A DNA stretch of 32,000 nt from Candidatus Hermodarchaeota archaeon (GCA_048886185.1 JBHLKY010000022.1:20774-52773), one strand, 5' to 3'; numbered from the stretch's first letter, positions 18,966-28,615 are shown. Numbers and translations are program-made. Notes: generated by a model not told the origin, from the sequence alone.

Positions 18966-19949
18966 ATGAAATACCGTCATGTAGGTAGCACAGGTTTAAA
19001 AATAAGTGAGATAAGCTTAGGCTCATGGTTGACCTATGGAGGATCTCAAGATAAGGAAGCCAGTAGAGAAATTGTGGTTAAAGCCATAGAACATGGTATA
19101 AACTTCATAGATATCGCAGATGTCTATAGTGGAGGGAATGCAGAAAAAGTAATTGGTGAAATAATTCAAGAAGAAAATTATAATAGAAAAGACCTTGTTA
19201 TAAGCAGTAAAGCTTTTTGGCCAATGTCTAAGGGAGTCAATGATAAAGGTTTAAGTCGAAAACACATAATGGAGTCAATTGAAGGAACTTTAGATAGACT
19301 TAACACAGACTATTTAGACATTTATTTCTGTCACAGATTTGACAGATACACCCCTCTTGAAGAAACAATCCAAGCAATGTCGAATCTCGTTGATAGAGGA
19401 GTTATTCATTACTGGGGAACATCAGTATGGACTGCAGTACAGCTAGAAAGAGCTTATTGGATGGCAAAATCTCTTGGTTGTCATCCTCCAGTTGTGGAAC
19501 AACCTCAATATCATATGTTGAATCGTTATATTGAAATACCTCAAGGTGTAATAGAGACCTGCAGACATAATGGGATGGGTATCGTGTGTTTTTCTCCTTT
19601 ATGTCAGGGAGTTTTGACAGGAAAGTATAACGATGGGGTTCCATCAGAAAGTCGAGGAGCTTCAACAGATTGGCTTAAATGGGATTTAAATCCCGAAAAC
19701 ATAGAGAAAGTAAAACAACTTCAACCTATTGCTGATTATTTAAATGTTCAAATGTCTCAATTAGCGCTTGCTTGGATTTTACGTCATGAAGAAATAAGTT
19801 GTGCAATCACAGGTGCTACTAAACCACAACATGTTGAATCTAATGTTCAAGCATCTGGATTAAAACTTGACAACAAGACTATAAACCAGATAGAGGAGAT
19901 TCTAAATAATAAACCAGAGATCCATGGACTTTATCATCCTCCTTGGTGA
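18966..19949 (+). CDS. Aldo-keto reductase, Kv-beta-subunit-like (AKR6) family
   Basis: LGSWLTYG, IDIADVYSGG, SKAFW, GLSRKHI, YFCHRFD, YWGTS, SPLCQGVLTGKY. ATG 18966 follows an AGGTGA RBS (track start is GTG 18957). Confidence 0.92.
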   Translation: MKYRHVGSTGLKISEISLGSWLTYGGSQDKEASREIVVKAIEHGINFIDIADVYSGGNAEKVIGEIIQEENYNRKDLVISSKAFWPMSKGVNDKGLSRKHIMESIEGTLDRLNTDYLDIYFCHRFDRYTPLEETIQAMSNLVDRGVIHYWGTSVWTAVQLERAYWMAKSLGCHPPVVEQPQYHMLNRYIEIPQGVIETCRHNGMGIVCFSPLCQGVLTGKYNDGVPSESRGASTDWLKWDLNPENIEKVKQLQPIADYLNVQMSQLALAWILRHEEISCAITGATKPQHVESNVQASGLKLDNKTINQIEEILNNKPEIHGLYHPPW

Positions 19950-19985
19950 TTTCCTCCAAATGAGAATTTCTTGAAACAGTCCACG

Positions 19986-22286
19986 TTACGAGGATTTATC
20001 CAGAGAAACTCCAGCCTGAGCTAATAAGGTCTTAACAAGATCTTCTGCTGACATTGGTAGGTCTTTTTCTGCATATCTGAAAATTCTTATCAAAGGTTGG
20101 TCTATTGCCCACCTAAGAAGTTCTTCTCTTACCTTTTTTTCATCAATTTCTACATCTGGATTTTGCATTTTTACATGGCTTATTCGTTGAGCTATTATTT
20201 GGTCTATAATAGGTTTTCCTTTTAGATCATTGAGCCAATCACGCAATGTTGAATCCATATTTAATTTACTTGGTAATTTCTGCGTCGATTCTAATATCAC
20301 ATTAGTGTGCAATCGAATATCTCTTGAAGAAGCGCCAATTAAAATCTCATACTCTCCATTTTCCCATACCCATGATTTGTAAATAACATTATAATAGGCA
20401 AAAGAACGAGAATCTAAGTGAAAAGTTATTGTCTTTGTTTCATCAGGTTGTAATTCAACTTTACTAAATCCCTTCAGTTCCTTATTTGGCCGATCAATTT
20501 CAGGATTCGATTGGGATACATATAACTGCACTATCTCTTTCCCTACAACTTTTCCTGTATTAGTTATATCAACATTAACATCAACACCCTCTATATCTTT
20601 AAATGATTTACTTGAAACCCTCAAATTTGAGTAAGAAAATGTTGTATAACTTAATCCGTGCCCAAAAGGGAATATCGGTTCAATTGCCTTTTTATCATAA
20701 TACCTATAACCAACATAAAGACCCTCTCCATATCTTACTTTTCCAGCCTCTCCAGGATAATTAATATAAGCAGGATTATGCTCTAATCTTTCTGGGAAAG
20801 TTTCAGCCAATTTTCCAGAAGGATTTACCTTATCAAACAGTACATCAGCAATAGCTCCTCCTCCTGCTTGGCCGAGTAAATATGCTTCAATAACTGCTGG
20901 AACATCGTTAATCCATTCTTTCAAACTAATAACAGAACCATTATTCAAAACAACTATAGTTTTAGGATTTGAATTTGTTACGGCTTTTATTAGTTCAACA
21001 TGACTTTCAGGTATGTTTATAGTTTTTCGATCATACCCCTCCGATTCATACTCAAAGGGTAAACCTGAAAAAATTATGGCAATATCAGATTGTCTGGCTA
21101 GGTCACAAGCTTCATCGATTAAGGCTTTATTTATACCTTCTTTTGCATAACCATCAGAATATCTGAGAAGAATCCTATCCCCTACTATCCTTTGGATTTC
21201 ATCAAAAGAATTATCAACTTTAACAGGATTAATTAAGGAACTACCTCCACCTTGGAATCGAGGTTCTTTTGCCATATATCCAATGATAGCAACTGAAGAA
21301 GCTTCTGTGATTGGTAAAACATTATTTTGGTTTTTGAGTAAAATTATGCCTTCTGCTGCAACCTTACGAGCAAAATCATGATGCTTTTCCTTATCGAATT
21401 CAATATGTCCCTTTTTTGTTTCTTTTGCTTTAAAAATAATCCTTAAAATTCGTTCAACAGCCTGATCCAAGTTTTTTTCATCAAGATCATTATTTTTAAC
21501 AGCCTCAACAACCCTTTGGACATCTAGATCGTTTGGACCCGGCATTTGAAGATCTAATCCTCCTTTGAGTGCAGCAACACGGTTGTGGACTGCTCCCCAA
21601 TCGGAAACAATAAATCCCTCCAAACTCCATTCGGATTTCATTATTGTGGTTAAAAGATCATAATGTTCTGAGGCATATATCCCATTTATTTTGTTATAAG
21701 CACACATAACAGTCCAAGGATGTGATTCTTTCACTGTTTTTTCAAAAGCTGGTAAATAAATCTCTCTTAATGAGCGTTCATCAATTTCTGCACTAATCAT
21801 GAATCTTTGATATTCTTGATTATTTGCAGTATAATGTTTTAACGAGGTTCCCACACCTTTGCTTTGAACACCCTTTACAAAAGCCATACCCATTTCTCCA
21901 GCTAGAAAAGGATCTTCAGAGTAATATTCGAAATTTCGGCCACAAAGAGGTGTTCTCTTAATGTTGACACCCGGTCCCAATAATATATCTACGTCTAAGG
22001 AAATACATTCATCTCCTAGATATTCACCAACTTTTTGAACTAATTCCGTGTTCCATGAAGATGCTAAAGCCACAGCAGGAGGAAAACACGTCGCTGGAAA
22101 ACTTTTAGCATCACCAAACTCTTGGATATTTTGAACTTTTCTTACTCCATGAGGCCCATCGCTCATTGTAATCTTAGGAATGCCTAATCGTTGCACATCA
22201 ATTGTTTGCCAAGGGCCAGAGCCTGTACAGAAAGCTGCTTTTTCTTCCAGTGTTAATTGTGATAATAAAGATTTTATATCAACCAA
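19986..22286 (-). CDS. GH3 beta-glucosidase with fibronectin-III-like C-terminal domain
   Basis: SDGPHGVRK, GRNFEYYSEDP, KHYTANNQE, nucleophile in VSDWG, ESEGYDR, NPSGKLAETFP, YGEGLYVGYRYY, KELKGFSK; TTG start after GGTGA. Confidence 0.93.
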   Translation of the reverse strand: MVDIKSLLSQLTLEEKAAFCTGSGPWQTIDVQRLGIPKITMSDGPHGVRKVQNIQEFGDAKSFPATCFPPAVALASSWNTELVQKVGEYLGDECISLDVDILLGPGVNIKRTPLCGRNFEYYSEDPFLAGEMGMAFVKGVQSKGVGTSLKHYTANNQEYQRFMISAEIDERSLREIYLPAFEKTVKESHPWTVMCAYNKINGIYASEHYDLLTTIMKSEWSLEGFIVSDWGAVHNRVAALKGGLDLQMPGPNDLDVQRVVEAVKNNDLDEKNLDQAVERILRIIFKAKETKKGHIEFDKEKHHDFARKVAAEGIILLKNQNNVLPITEASSVAIIGYMAKEPRFQGGGSSLINPVKVDNSFDEIQRIVGDRILLRYSDGYAKEGINKALIDEACDLARQSDIAIIFSGLPFEYESEGYDRKTINIPESHVELIKAVTNSNPKTIVVLNNGSVISLKEWINDVPAVIEAYLLGQAGGGAIADVLFDKVNPSGKLAETFPERLEHNPAYINYPGEAGKVRYGEGLYVGYRYYDKKAIEPIFPFGHGLSYTTFSYSNLRVSSKSFKDIEGVDVNVDITNTGKVVGKEIVQLYVSQSNPEIDRPNKELKGFSKVELQPDETKTITFHLDSRSFAYYNVIYKSWVWENGEYEILIGASSRDIRLHTNVILESTQKLPSKLNMDSTLRDWLNDLKGKPIIDQIIAQRISHVKMQNPDVEIDEKKVREELLRWAIDQPLIRIFRYAEKDLPMSAEDLVKTLLAQAGVSLDKSS

Positions 22287-22402
22287 ATAGATTCACCATT
22301 TGAAATACAAAAGAATAATACTATTTTAACCTGATTAATATGATTTGAGAGAGAAACCTCACTTAATCTAAGAACATCATTATTAAATTTAAACAATTAG
22401 GA

Positions 22403-23413
22403 GTGGGATGTGAAATAATGATTGGAACTAAAATATATGACTTTCAAGGAGATCTTCAGGAGTTATTCAAAGAATGGCTTTCTCTAAACTTTGATACCAT
22501 TTTTGTAAGTAGATCTTTGTATTCCAATCACAAATTTAGAAAACTGGTGCAAAATAACAAAATGAATGCATTTATTATATTTCCTGTTTTTTATGATCCT
22601 AAAACTCTTGAGAATAATCCTGAATTGTACTCTATAACAGATAAAGGGGAGAAAGCGATAGATGAATGGATAAAATTCGTATGTCCATCCCGAGATGATT
22701 ACAGGAGATATAAAATAGAGGAAATCAAAAAAGAAGTCATGACACTAAACCCTGATGGATTAAGTCTAGATTTCATTCGATATTTTGTGTTTTGGGAAAA
22801 AATTTACCCAGGGAGAACAATGGATTCTATACCTAACTGTTGTTTCTGCTCTCATTGTATAGAGAAATTCCAAAAAGATACTCAAGTTTCACTGCCAAAG
22901 GAAATCACGGACAATCAGAAAAAAGCAGAAATCATCCAAAACAATCTCTCTAATGAATGGACAAAGTGGAAATGCAACATTATTTTCAGCTTCATAAAAG
23001 AAATCACCGAAGAGGTAAAGAAATTAAAACCAGAAATCTTGATTAATGTGCATGTTATTCCTTGGAGGAAAGAAGACTTCAACGGTGCAATTGAAAAGAT
23101 AGCAGGCCAAAATCTTAAAGAGATTGCAAAAATCGTTGATATGATTTCTCCAATGTGCTATTCCCACATGCTAAAAAGACAACCATCTTGGATAAACTCA
23201 GTAGTGAAAGACATGTATGAACAGACCAAACACAAGATCATACCAAGTATACAAGTAGAAAAATGTTATTTAAAAACTGAGATTTCAACAGAAGAGTTTA
23301 GTGACATGATTACGGAAGCATTAAAGGATCCTTCAAGTGGTATTGTTTTTTGGTCATGGGAGAAAATTCAAGGCAATATAGAAAAAAAACAACTCCTGAA
23401 AGCAAAAATATAA
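22403..23413 (+). CDS. Putative glycoside hydrolase-like TIM-barrel protein (GHL10/DUF187-like) with Cys cluster
   Basis: FVCPS, DGLSLDFIRY, CCFCSHC, W.KWK, GQN, DMISPMCY. The alternative start ATG 22418 is possible. Confidence 0.55.
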   Translation: MGCEIMIGTKIYDFQGDLQELFKEWLSLNFDTIFVSRSLYSNHKFRKLVQNNKMNAFIIFPVFYDPKTLENNPELYSITDKGEKAIDEWIKFVCPSRDDYRRYKIEEIKKEVMTLNPDGLSLDFIRYFVFWEKIYPGRTMDSIPNCCFCSHCIEKFQKDTQVSLPKEITDNQKKAEIIQNNLSNEWTKWKCNIIFSFIKEITEEVKKLKPEILINVHVIPWRKEDFNGAIEKIAGQNLKEIAKIVDMISPMCYSHMLKRQPSWINSVVKDMYEQTKHKIIPSIQVEKCYLKTEISTEEFSDMITEALKDPSSGIVFWSWEKIQGNIEKKQLLKAKI

Positions 23414-23540
23414 CTAGAATTTTGTTTAAAAACGAAAGAAGCAAGATAGAAATTCATAGTATTCAAATAAAACTCAAATAGCTTAATTAGTAAATAGCCT
23501 CAACTAGATAATCAAAATGATTTGACCCATGTGATTAGGA

Positions 23541-24578
23541 ATGTTTTCATTAAATGTTGAAACAGCCTTAACCAGGATAAAAGAATTAAAAATGACTGTT
23601 CTACCAGATTTTTACCTCGATATTATAGTAGATCCCCGAATGTCTTATGATCAATTAATAAAAGGTATCGGAACTGTGTATTCAAGGGGAGGAGGTAATC
23701 TTCTAGGACCAGAAACCCAATTCATCGCAGGTGGGAATGGAGGAAATGTTGCTAAAACATTAGGTGGTTTAGGTGTTCCAACGTTCTTCTTATGTGAAAC
23801 ATCACCCCTCGGTAAGCAGCTTGTTGAATTTTTCTTACATCCACTAGGAGTTAAGACACTGATCACCGCCTCTGGAGATATAGCTACTTCAATTATTCTA
23901 GAAATCCCCCATGGTTCAAACAAACATAATGTTATGCTTTGTTCCTCAGGAAGTGTGGCAGATTTTTCTTCTAAGAGATTAACACCTGACCAGTGGAATG
24001 TCCTTAAAGAGAGTCATGTTATTGCTATATGCAATGCACAAAACTACCAAATGGAAGATCTTGTAGAGGCAATCCTTCGAGAAGTTCCAACTTCTACTGT
24101 AGTATCAGTTGATTTTTCAGACTTGACACCACATCTTCAACGGATTGATGGGTTTAGGAAACGAATTCTAGAGCATCCAACGAGACCCCCATCATTTATC
24201 ACTGGAAATGAAATTGAATTTCGATTGTTAGCAAAGAAACCCAATCAGTCACCAGAGGAAGCCACACAAATATTATCCTCTACATATCCAGACATCATGT
24301 TTGGATTACATATGTCTAATAAGGCAGAAATATGGAAAGGTGGTAAACAATTATCCATAGAACCATGTTTTAAGGTTTTCGTCCTAAAAGCAACTGGGGC
24401 TGGAGATAATTGGCATGCTGGTTTTCTAACAGGATGGCAATTAGGACTAACTATTTCAGAAGCAACAATTTTTGCGAATGCAGTCGCAGGTTATCAAATA
24501 TCAACTGGAAAGATTGGCTCATTGAAGGATATCATCAGTTTTACAGCATCTACACCATGTCAGGATTTAATAATCTGA
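23541..24578 (+). CDS. PfkB/ribokinase-family carbohydrate kinase
   Basis: AGGNGGNVA N-terminal signature, GNEIE, C-terminal ATGAGDNWHAGF signature. Confidence 0.83.
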   Translation: MFSLNVETALTRIKELKMTVLPDFYLDIIVDPRMSYDQLIKGIGTVYSRGGGNLLGPETQFIAGGNGGNVAKTLGGLGVPTFFLCETSPLGKQLVEFFLHPLGVKTLITASGDIATSIILEIPHGSNKHNVMLCSSGSVADFSSKRLTPDQWNVLKESHVIAICNAQNYQMEDLVEAILREVPTSTVVSVDFSDLTPHLQRIDGFRKRILEHPTRPPSFITGNEIEFRLLAKKPNQSPEEATQILSSTYPDIMFGLHMSNKAEIWKGGKQLSIEPCFKVFVLKATGAGDNWHAGFLTGWQLGLTISEATIFANAVAGYQISTGKIGSLKDIISFTASTPCQDLII

Positions 24579-24599
24579 TTATATTAGTAAGTAAACTAC

Positions 24600-24620
24600 A
24601 CCCATATTGTTTATATGGGT
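24600..24620. promoter_or_regulatory. Perfect inverted repeat ACCCATAT-N5-ATATGGGT overlapping a TATA-like TTTATA, upstream of the GAPDH-like gene
   Basis: Arms 24600-24607 and 24613-24620 are exact reverse complements; TTTATA lies at 24610-24615, about 45 nt before ATG 24660. Confidence 0.45.
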
Positions 24621-24659
24621 AATACGAAACCAATGATTATGGATCCTTGAGGGTTATCA

Positions 24660-25766
24660 ATGTCACAAAATGGGAATACTATATTGATTGTAGGCACTGG
24701 TACTATTGGAGAACCGTTAACAGGCCTATTATCAGCTTTATCAAAAAATTTAGGAATTGATGAGTTAATCTTCTACAAACACACACCAAGGTTAACAGAT
24801 CGTCCTATGATACGGGGATTACTTAAAAAGGGGGCTCATATGTGCTGTCAAATAGAGAAATTTAACATGTTTCGGGAATTGGGAGTTGAACCAACGTATA
24901 CTTTTGAAGATGCCCTAGCTAAGGCAACTGTTGTCATTGATTGCTCAACTGAAGGAATGGGTGTTCGAAATCGTCTTTTGTTTTATGAAAATGCAAAAGA
25001 CAAAGTCCGTGCATTCTTAGGCCAAGGATCAGAACACGGGTTTGGTATTCCTTATGGTGTTGGACTCAATGATAGTATCCTACACAGAAAAAATTCCCAG
25101 TTTCTCCAAATCGTTAGTTGTAACACTCATGCAGCATCAAGGGTACTCAAGGATTTGGCATTTGATGAAGAAGGTAAGAGTATTTTAAGCGAAGGACGAT
25201 TTGTTTTCATGAGAAGAGCTACTGATGTCTCACAAGAAGGCAAATTCATTGCAGGGCCATCTGTTGGGAAACATAAGGATCAGACTTTCGGAACCCATCA
25301 TGCAAAAGATGTTTATCGCTTATATTCAACTTTAGGTCATCATCTCAATGTGTTTTCTAGTTCGATTAAACTTAACACCCAGTATATGCATACATCATTT
25401 TTTAATCTAGTATTAGATAAAAAGAAAGCACTTTCGTTGGAGGAGGTTATTCAAAAGTTTTCGGATGATCCTTATGTAGCTGTAACTAATAAAACAGATG
25501 CAAATGTGATTTTTTCCTTTGGAAGGGAGTATGGTCACTTCGGGAGAATCCTTAACCAAATTGTTGTAGTACTTCCCAGTCTAATGGTTCGTCAAAGTGA
25601 GCTTTTCACAGACAAAATAGAAATTGTAGGTTATGCCTATACCCCCCAAGATGGAAATTCACTCTTAAGCTCAACATCCGCAACAGCATTCTTTTTGGAT
25701 CCCGATAATATTACATTAGGTGAGCCACTTCCTTGCCTTAAACCATACATGTTCTCCGAGGTTTAA
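24660..25766 (+). CDS. Glyceraldehyde-3-phosphate dehydrogenase-like protein, divergent archaeal class II type
   Basis: Rossmann IVGTGTIG, VIDCST, catalytic VSCNT, RRATD, GTHHAKDV; lacks the class I ASCTTNC motif. Confidence 0.75.
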   Translation: MSQNGNTILIVGTGTIGEPLTGLLSALSKNLGIDELIFYKHTPRLTDRPMIRGLLKKGAHMCCQIEKFNMFRELGVEPTYTFEDALAKATVVIDCSTEGMGVRNRLLFYENAKDKVRAFLGQGSEHGFGIPYGVGLNDSILHRKNSQFLQIVSCNTHAASRVLKDLAFDEEGKSILSEGRFVFMRRATDVSQEGKFIAGPSVGKHKDQTFGTHHAKDVYRLYSTLGHHLNVFSSSIKLNTQYMHTSFFNLVLDKKKALSLEEVIQKFSDDPYVAVTNKTDANVIFSFGREYGHFGRILNQIVVVLPSLMVRQSELFTDKIEIVGYAYTPQDGNSLLSSTSATAFFLDPDNITLGEPLPCLKPYMFSEV

Positions 25767-25884
25767 GAGAAACACCTTTCTATCTTTATCAGTGTTGAAA
25801 TATATCCTGAATAACTTGGATTCACAATCTTCTACAAAGGCTTTTTTAAAGTTAATTACCTTTGAGTTGAATAGAGGTATTAAA

Positions 25885-28281
25885 ATGGATATTCCTACTT
25901 GTTGTTGGACTAGACCAATCAGTTTTGAATTGCGTGATTCACCAAAACCCAGTGGATTGTCCCTCGCCGTTTTACGATCTATCCCTCTGAAAACAATTTT
26001 TAAATTATGGAAATTGTCACGTAAAGCCAAACAAGAAGGGAAAGAAACGTTCTCTTTCTCCCCAATGAAAGATGGCTATTATCAAGGCATTTCAATTGGA
26101 GGAATGGGTGCTGGTACTATAGGCAGAAGTTATAGAGGTGATTTTATTCGCTGGCAGCTCTATCCTGGAAAAAGACGTTATCAGACACTTTATGCTAATC
26201 AATTCTCGATCTTCATTCGTAATTCACAAAAAACATTTTCAAATGTTCTCTTTCCTAACCAACCTGAAAGAAATCAATTAGCAGCATGGAAGTGGAAACT
26301 CTCGAGCAACATTGGAACGTATTATGCCCTCTATCCAAGGGCATGGACGAAGTATGAAAGGTTCCCTAACTTTCCAAATGTGTCTTTAATCTGTTCTCAG
26401 ATCACTCCAATGATTCCCCATAACTATAAGGATAGTAGTTTACCTTGTGGTTTATTTAATTGGGAGATAGAAAACAAAGAAAAGGATCCGATACAAATAA
26501 GTCTACTGCTTACATGGCAAAATGGTGATGGCTCCGAGAATGACCTAAAAGGTAGCCATTTTAATTCTTATAAAAAGTATGAGACCATAGAAGGAGTTCT
26601 TATGACATATAATCTCCCCGCAGATCAGAATGGACCAGCAAGCTTTTTCATTGGTACCCAAGCAGATTCAAATGTTTCCATAACTTATCATTCAACATTT
26701 GATAGTTCTGGTGATGGAAGTGACATCTGGGAGAAATTTAGTCAGAATGGTAGACTTCAAAACCTTGATAATAGTACTCCCTCAAATAAAGGCAAATCAA
26801 TAGCTGGCGCAATCTGTGTATCAGCAAAACTAAAGCCTGGAGAACAAATACACATTCCATTCGTTGTGTCATGGGATATTCCCATTATGACCTTTGGGGA
26901 AGGCCGTCAATGGTATAAGAGATATACAAAATACTTTGGTACAGATGGAAAGAATGCAGTTAATATAGCGAAATATGCCTTAGAAAGAAGACTTGAATGG
27001 AATAAAAAGATAGAAGAGTGGCAGAATTCAATAATTAACAATGATATAATACCTCTTTGGATAAAAACAGCCCTCTTTAATGAATTGTATTATCTTGCTG
27101 ATGGATTAACGGCATGGGAACATGGAGAGGTTGGGAGGAGACCACAACCAGATTCTTATAATGGCCATTGGGCTTATTTAGAATGTCCTGACTATCCAAT
27201 GTACAATACGTATGATGTCCATTTCTATAGCTCCTTTGCTTTAGCTATCTTATTTCCAGAGATTCAGAAGTCAATCACCCGAGATTTCGCCCAAGCTGTT
27301 TTAACCGAGAACACTGAATCGCTTACTATGCTTTTTGATGGAAAAAAAGTATCCCGAAAACCTTTAGGAGTTGTCCCCCACGATCTCGGATTGCCTTCAG
27401 AAGATCCTTGGATTAAGGTAAATAGCTATTCTATGCATGATATTGCAAAATGGAAGGATTTGAATTCTAAATTTGTGTTACAGGTATACAGAGACTCATT
27501 ACTTGATGATGATCGACTTTCTTTCATTCAATCTAATTGGCCAGCCGTAGTAATGGCAATAGAACATCTTGAACAATTCGATAAGGATGGAAATGGATTA
27601 ATCGAAAATGGAGGATTTGCTGACCAGACATATGATGTTTGGAAATTGAAGGGGGTTTCGGCATATTGTGGTGGTCTTTGGATTACTGCATTGGCCGCAG
27701 CAATTAAAATGGCTGAGACGATTGGAGATGAAGAAAGATATAATCAATACAAAGAAACATTTAATAAGGCAAAATTAAATTTTGATAAAATTTTATGGAA
27801 TGGGGATTATTATAAGTTAGATACTCAAAGAAAAAATACCCAAGTAATCATGTCAGATCAATTATGTGGCCAGTGGTGGGCGAGAGCTTGTGATCTTGAA
27901 GAAGCGTTACTCCCAGACGATAATGTTAAGAAAGCGCTTGGAACCATTCATAAATATAATGTCAGGACTTTTGGGGAAGAAAAACTCGGTGCCGTGAATG
28001 GAATGCTTTTTTCAGGAAAAATTGATAAGAGAGGCCTGCAATCTCAAGAAGTATGGTCAGGAACTACCTATGGACTAGCAGCATTAATGCTGCATGAACA
28101 TTTAGATGAGATGGCCTTTTCCACAGCTTATGGAGCCTATCATATGACATATGAAAGGGGTTTTTGGTTTAGAACACCAGAAGCATGGAATAAGGATGGT
28201 CGCTATCGAGCATCGCAATATATGCGACCTTTAGCTATATGGGCTATATGTTGGGCCCTAAAACACCGATCCAAAAGTTAG
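25885..28281 (+). CDS. GH116 beta-glucosidase / non-lysosomal glucosylceramidase (GBA2-like)
   Basis: GGMGAGTIGRSY.GDF.RWQL, LFNELYYL, YLEC.DY.MYNTYDVHFY (nucleophile region), PHDLG, WKDLNSKF, DQTYDVW (acid/base region), QSQEVWSG, FRTPEAW, YMRPLAIW. Start set at ATG 25885 after a GAGGT RBS. Confidence 0.9.
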   Translation: MDIPTCCWTRPISFELRDSPKPSGLSLAVLRSIPLKTIFKLWKLSRKAKQEGKETFSFSPMKDGYYQGISIGGMGAGTIGRSYRGDFIRWQLYPGKRRYQTLYANQFSIFIRNSQKTFSNVLFPNQPERNQLAAWKWKLSSNIGTYYALYPRAWTKYERFPNFPNVSLICSQITPMIPHNYKDSSLPCGLFNWEIENKEKDPIQISLLLTWQNGDGSENDLKGSHFNSYKKYETIEGVLMTYNLPADQNGPASFFIGTQADSNVSITYHSTFDSSGDGSDIWEKFSQNGRLQNLDNSTPSNKGKSIAGAICVSAKLKPGEQIHIPFVVSWDIPIMTFGEGRQWYKRYTKYFGTDGKNAVNIAKYALERRLEWNKKIEEWQNSIINNDIIPLWIKTALFNELYYLADGLTAWEHGEVGRRPQPDSYNGHWAYLECPDYPMYNTYDVHFYSSFALAILFPEIQKSITRDFAQAVLTENTESLTMLFDGKKVSRKPLGVVPHDLGLPSEDPWIKVNSYSMHDIAKWKDLNSKFVLQVYRDSLLDDDRLSFIQSNWPAVVMAIEHLEQFDKDGNGLIENGGFADQTYDVWKLKGVSAYCGGLWITALAAAIKMAETIGDEERYNQYKETFNKAKLNFDKILWNGDYYKLDTQRKNTQVIMSDQLCGQWWARACDLEEALLPDDNVKKALGTIHKYNVRTFGEEKLGAVNGMLFSGKIDKRGLQSQEVWSGTTYGLAALMLHEHLDEMAFSTAYGAYHMTYERGFWFRTPEAWNKDGRYRASQYMRPLAIWAICWALKHRSKS

Positions 28282-28615
28282 AATCCCACATAGATCCTTA
28301 GAAAGAAAAAATGATGTTACTGATAGAATCATCTTATATTATAAAACTATATTGCGAATGATTTCTCTAGCGAGTCTTATTATTCTGAAGATATAGGTAT
28401 AGTTATTTAATCGTGTTAATCAGCATATCATGAAGTCTTGAAAAATATAATGTGTCTTGCTTAGAAGAGTGTAATAATTCAAAATATCATTCAGATTCCC
28501 TAAAGCAGTCAATATAATAAACTTTCTTGTCATTCAGTATATCAACAGGAAGCTCACAAATCCTCTAGGAGAAAAGATAATTAGATAAACCCATTAAGAA
28601 AGAAAAAATGATTAG

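Noticed and set aside
6618-22378. Recurring TAAGAACA(T/C)C motif (6619, 16569, near 22369) as an operator
   Set aside because: Two of the three copies are simply the reverse complement of the RBS region of minus-strand genes; too short to support
25720-25884. N-terminal 55-codon extension of GH116 given by the ORF track
   Set aside because: Overlaps the GAPDH-like 3' end and looks non-protein-like; ATG 25885 has a GAGGT RBS and starts the GH116-like sequence
1607-26030. Numerous short nested or antisense ORFs (e.g. 1607-1840, 3488-3847, 3997-4464, 5037-5492, 7452-9587, 17954-18529, 23651-24622, 25716-26030)
   Set aside because: Fully contained in or opposite well-supported genes, with no recognisable motifs
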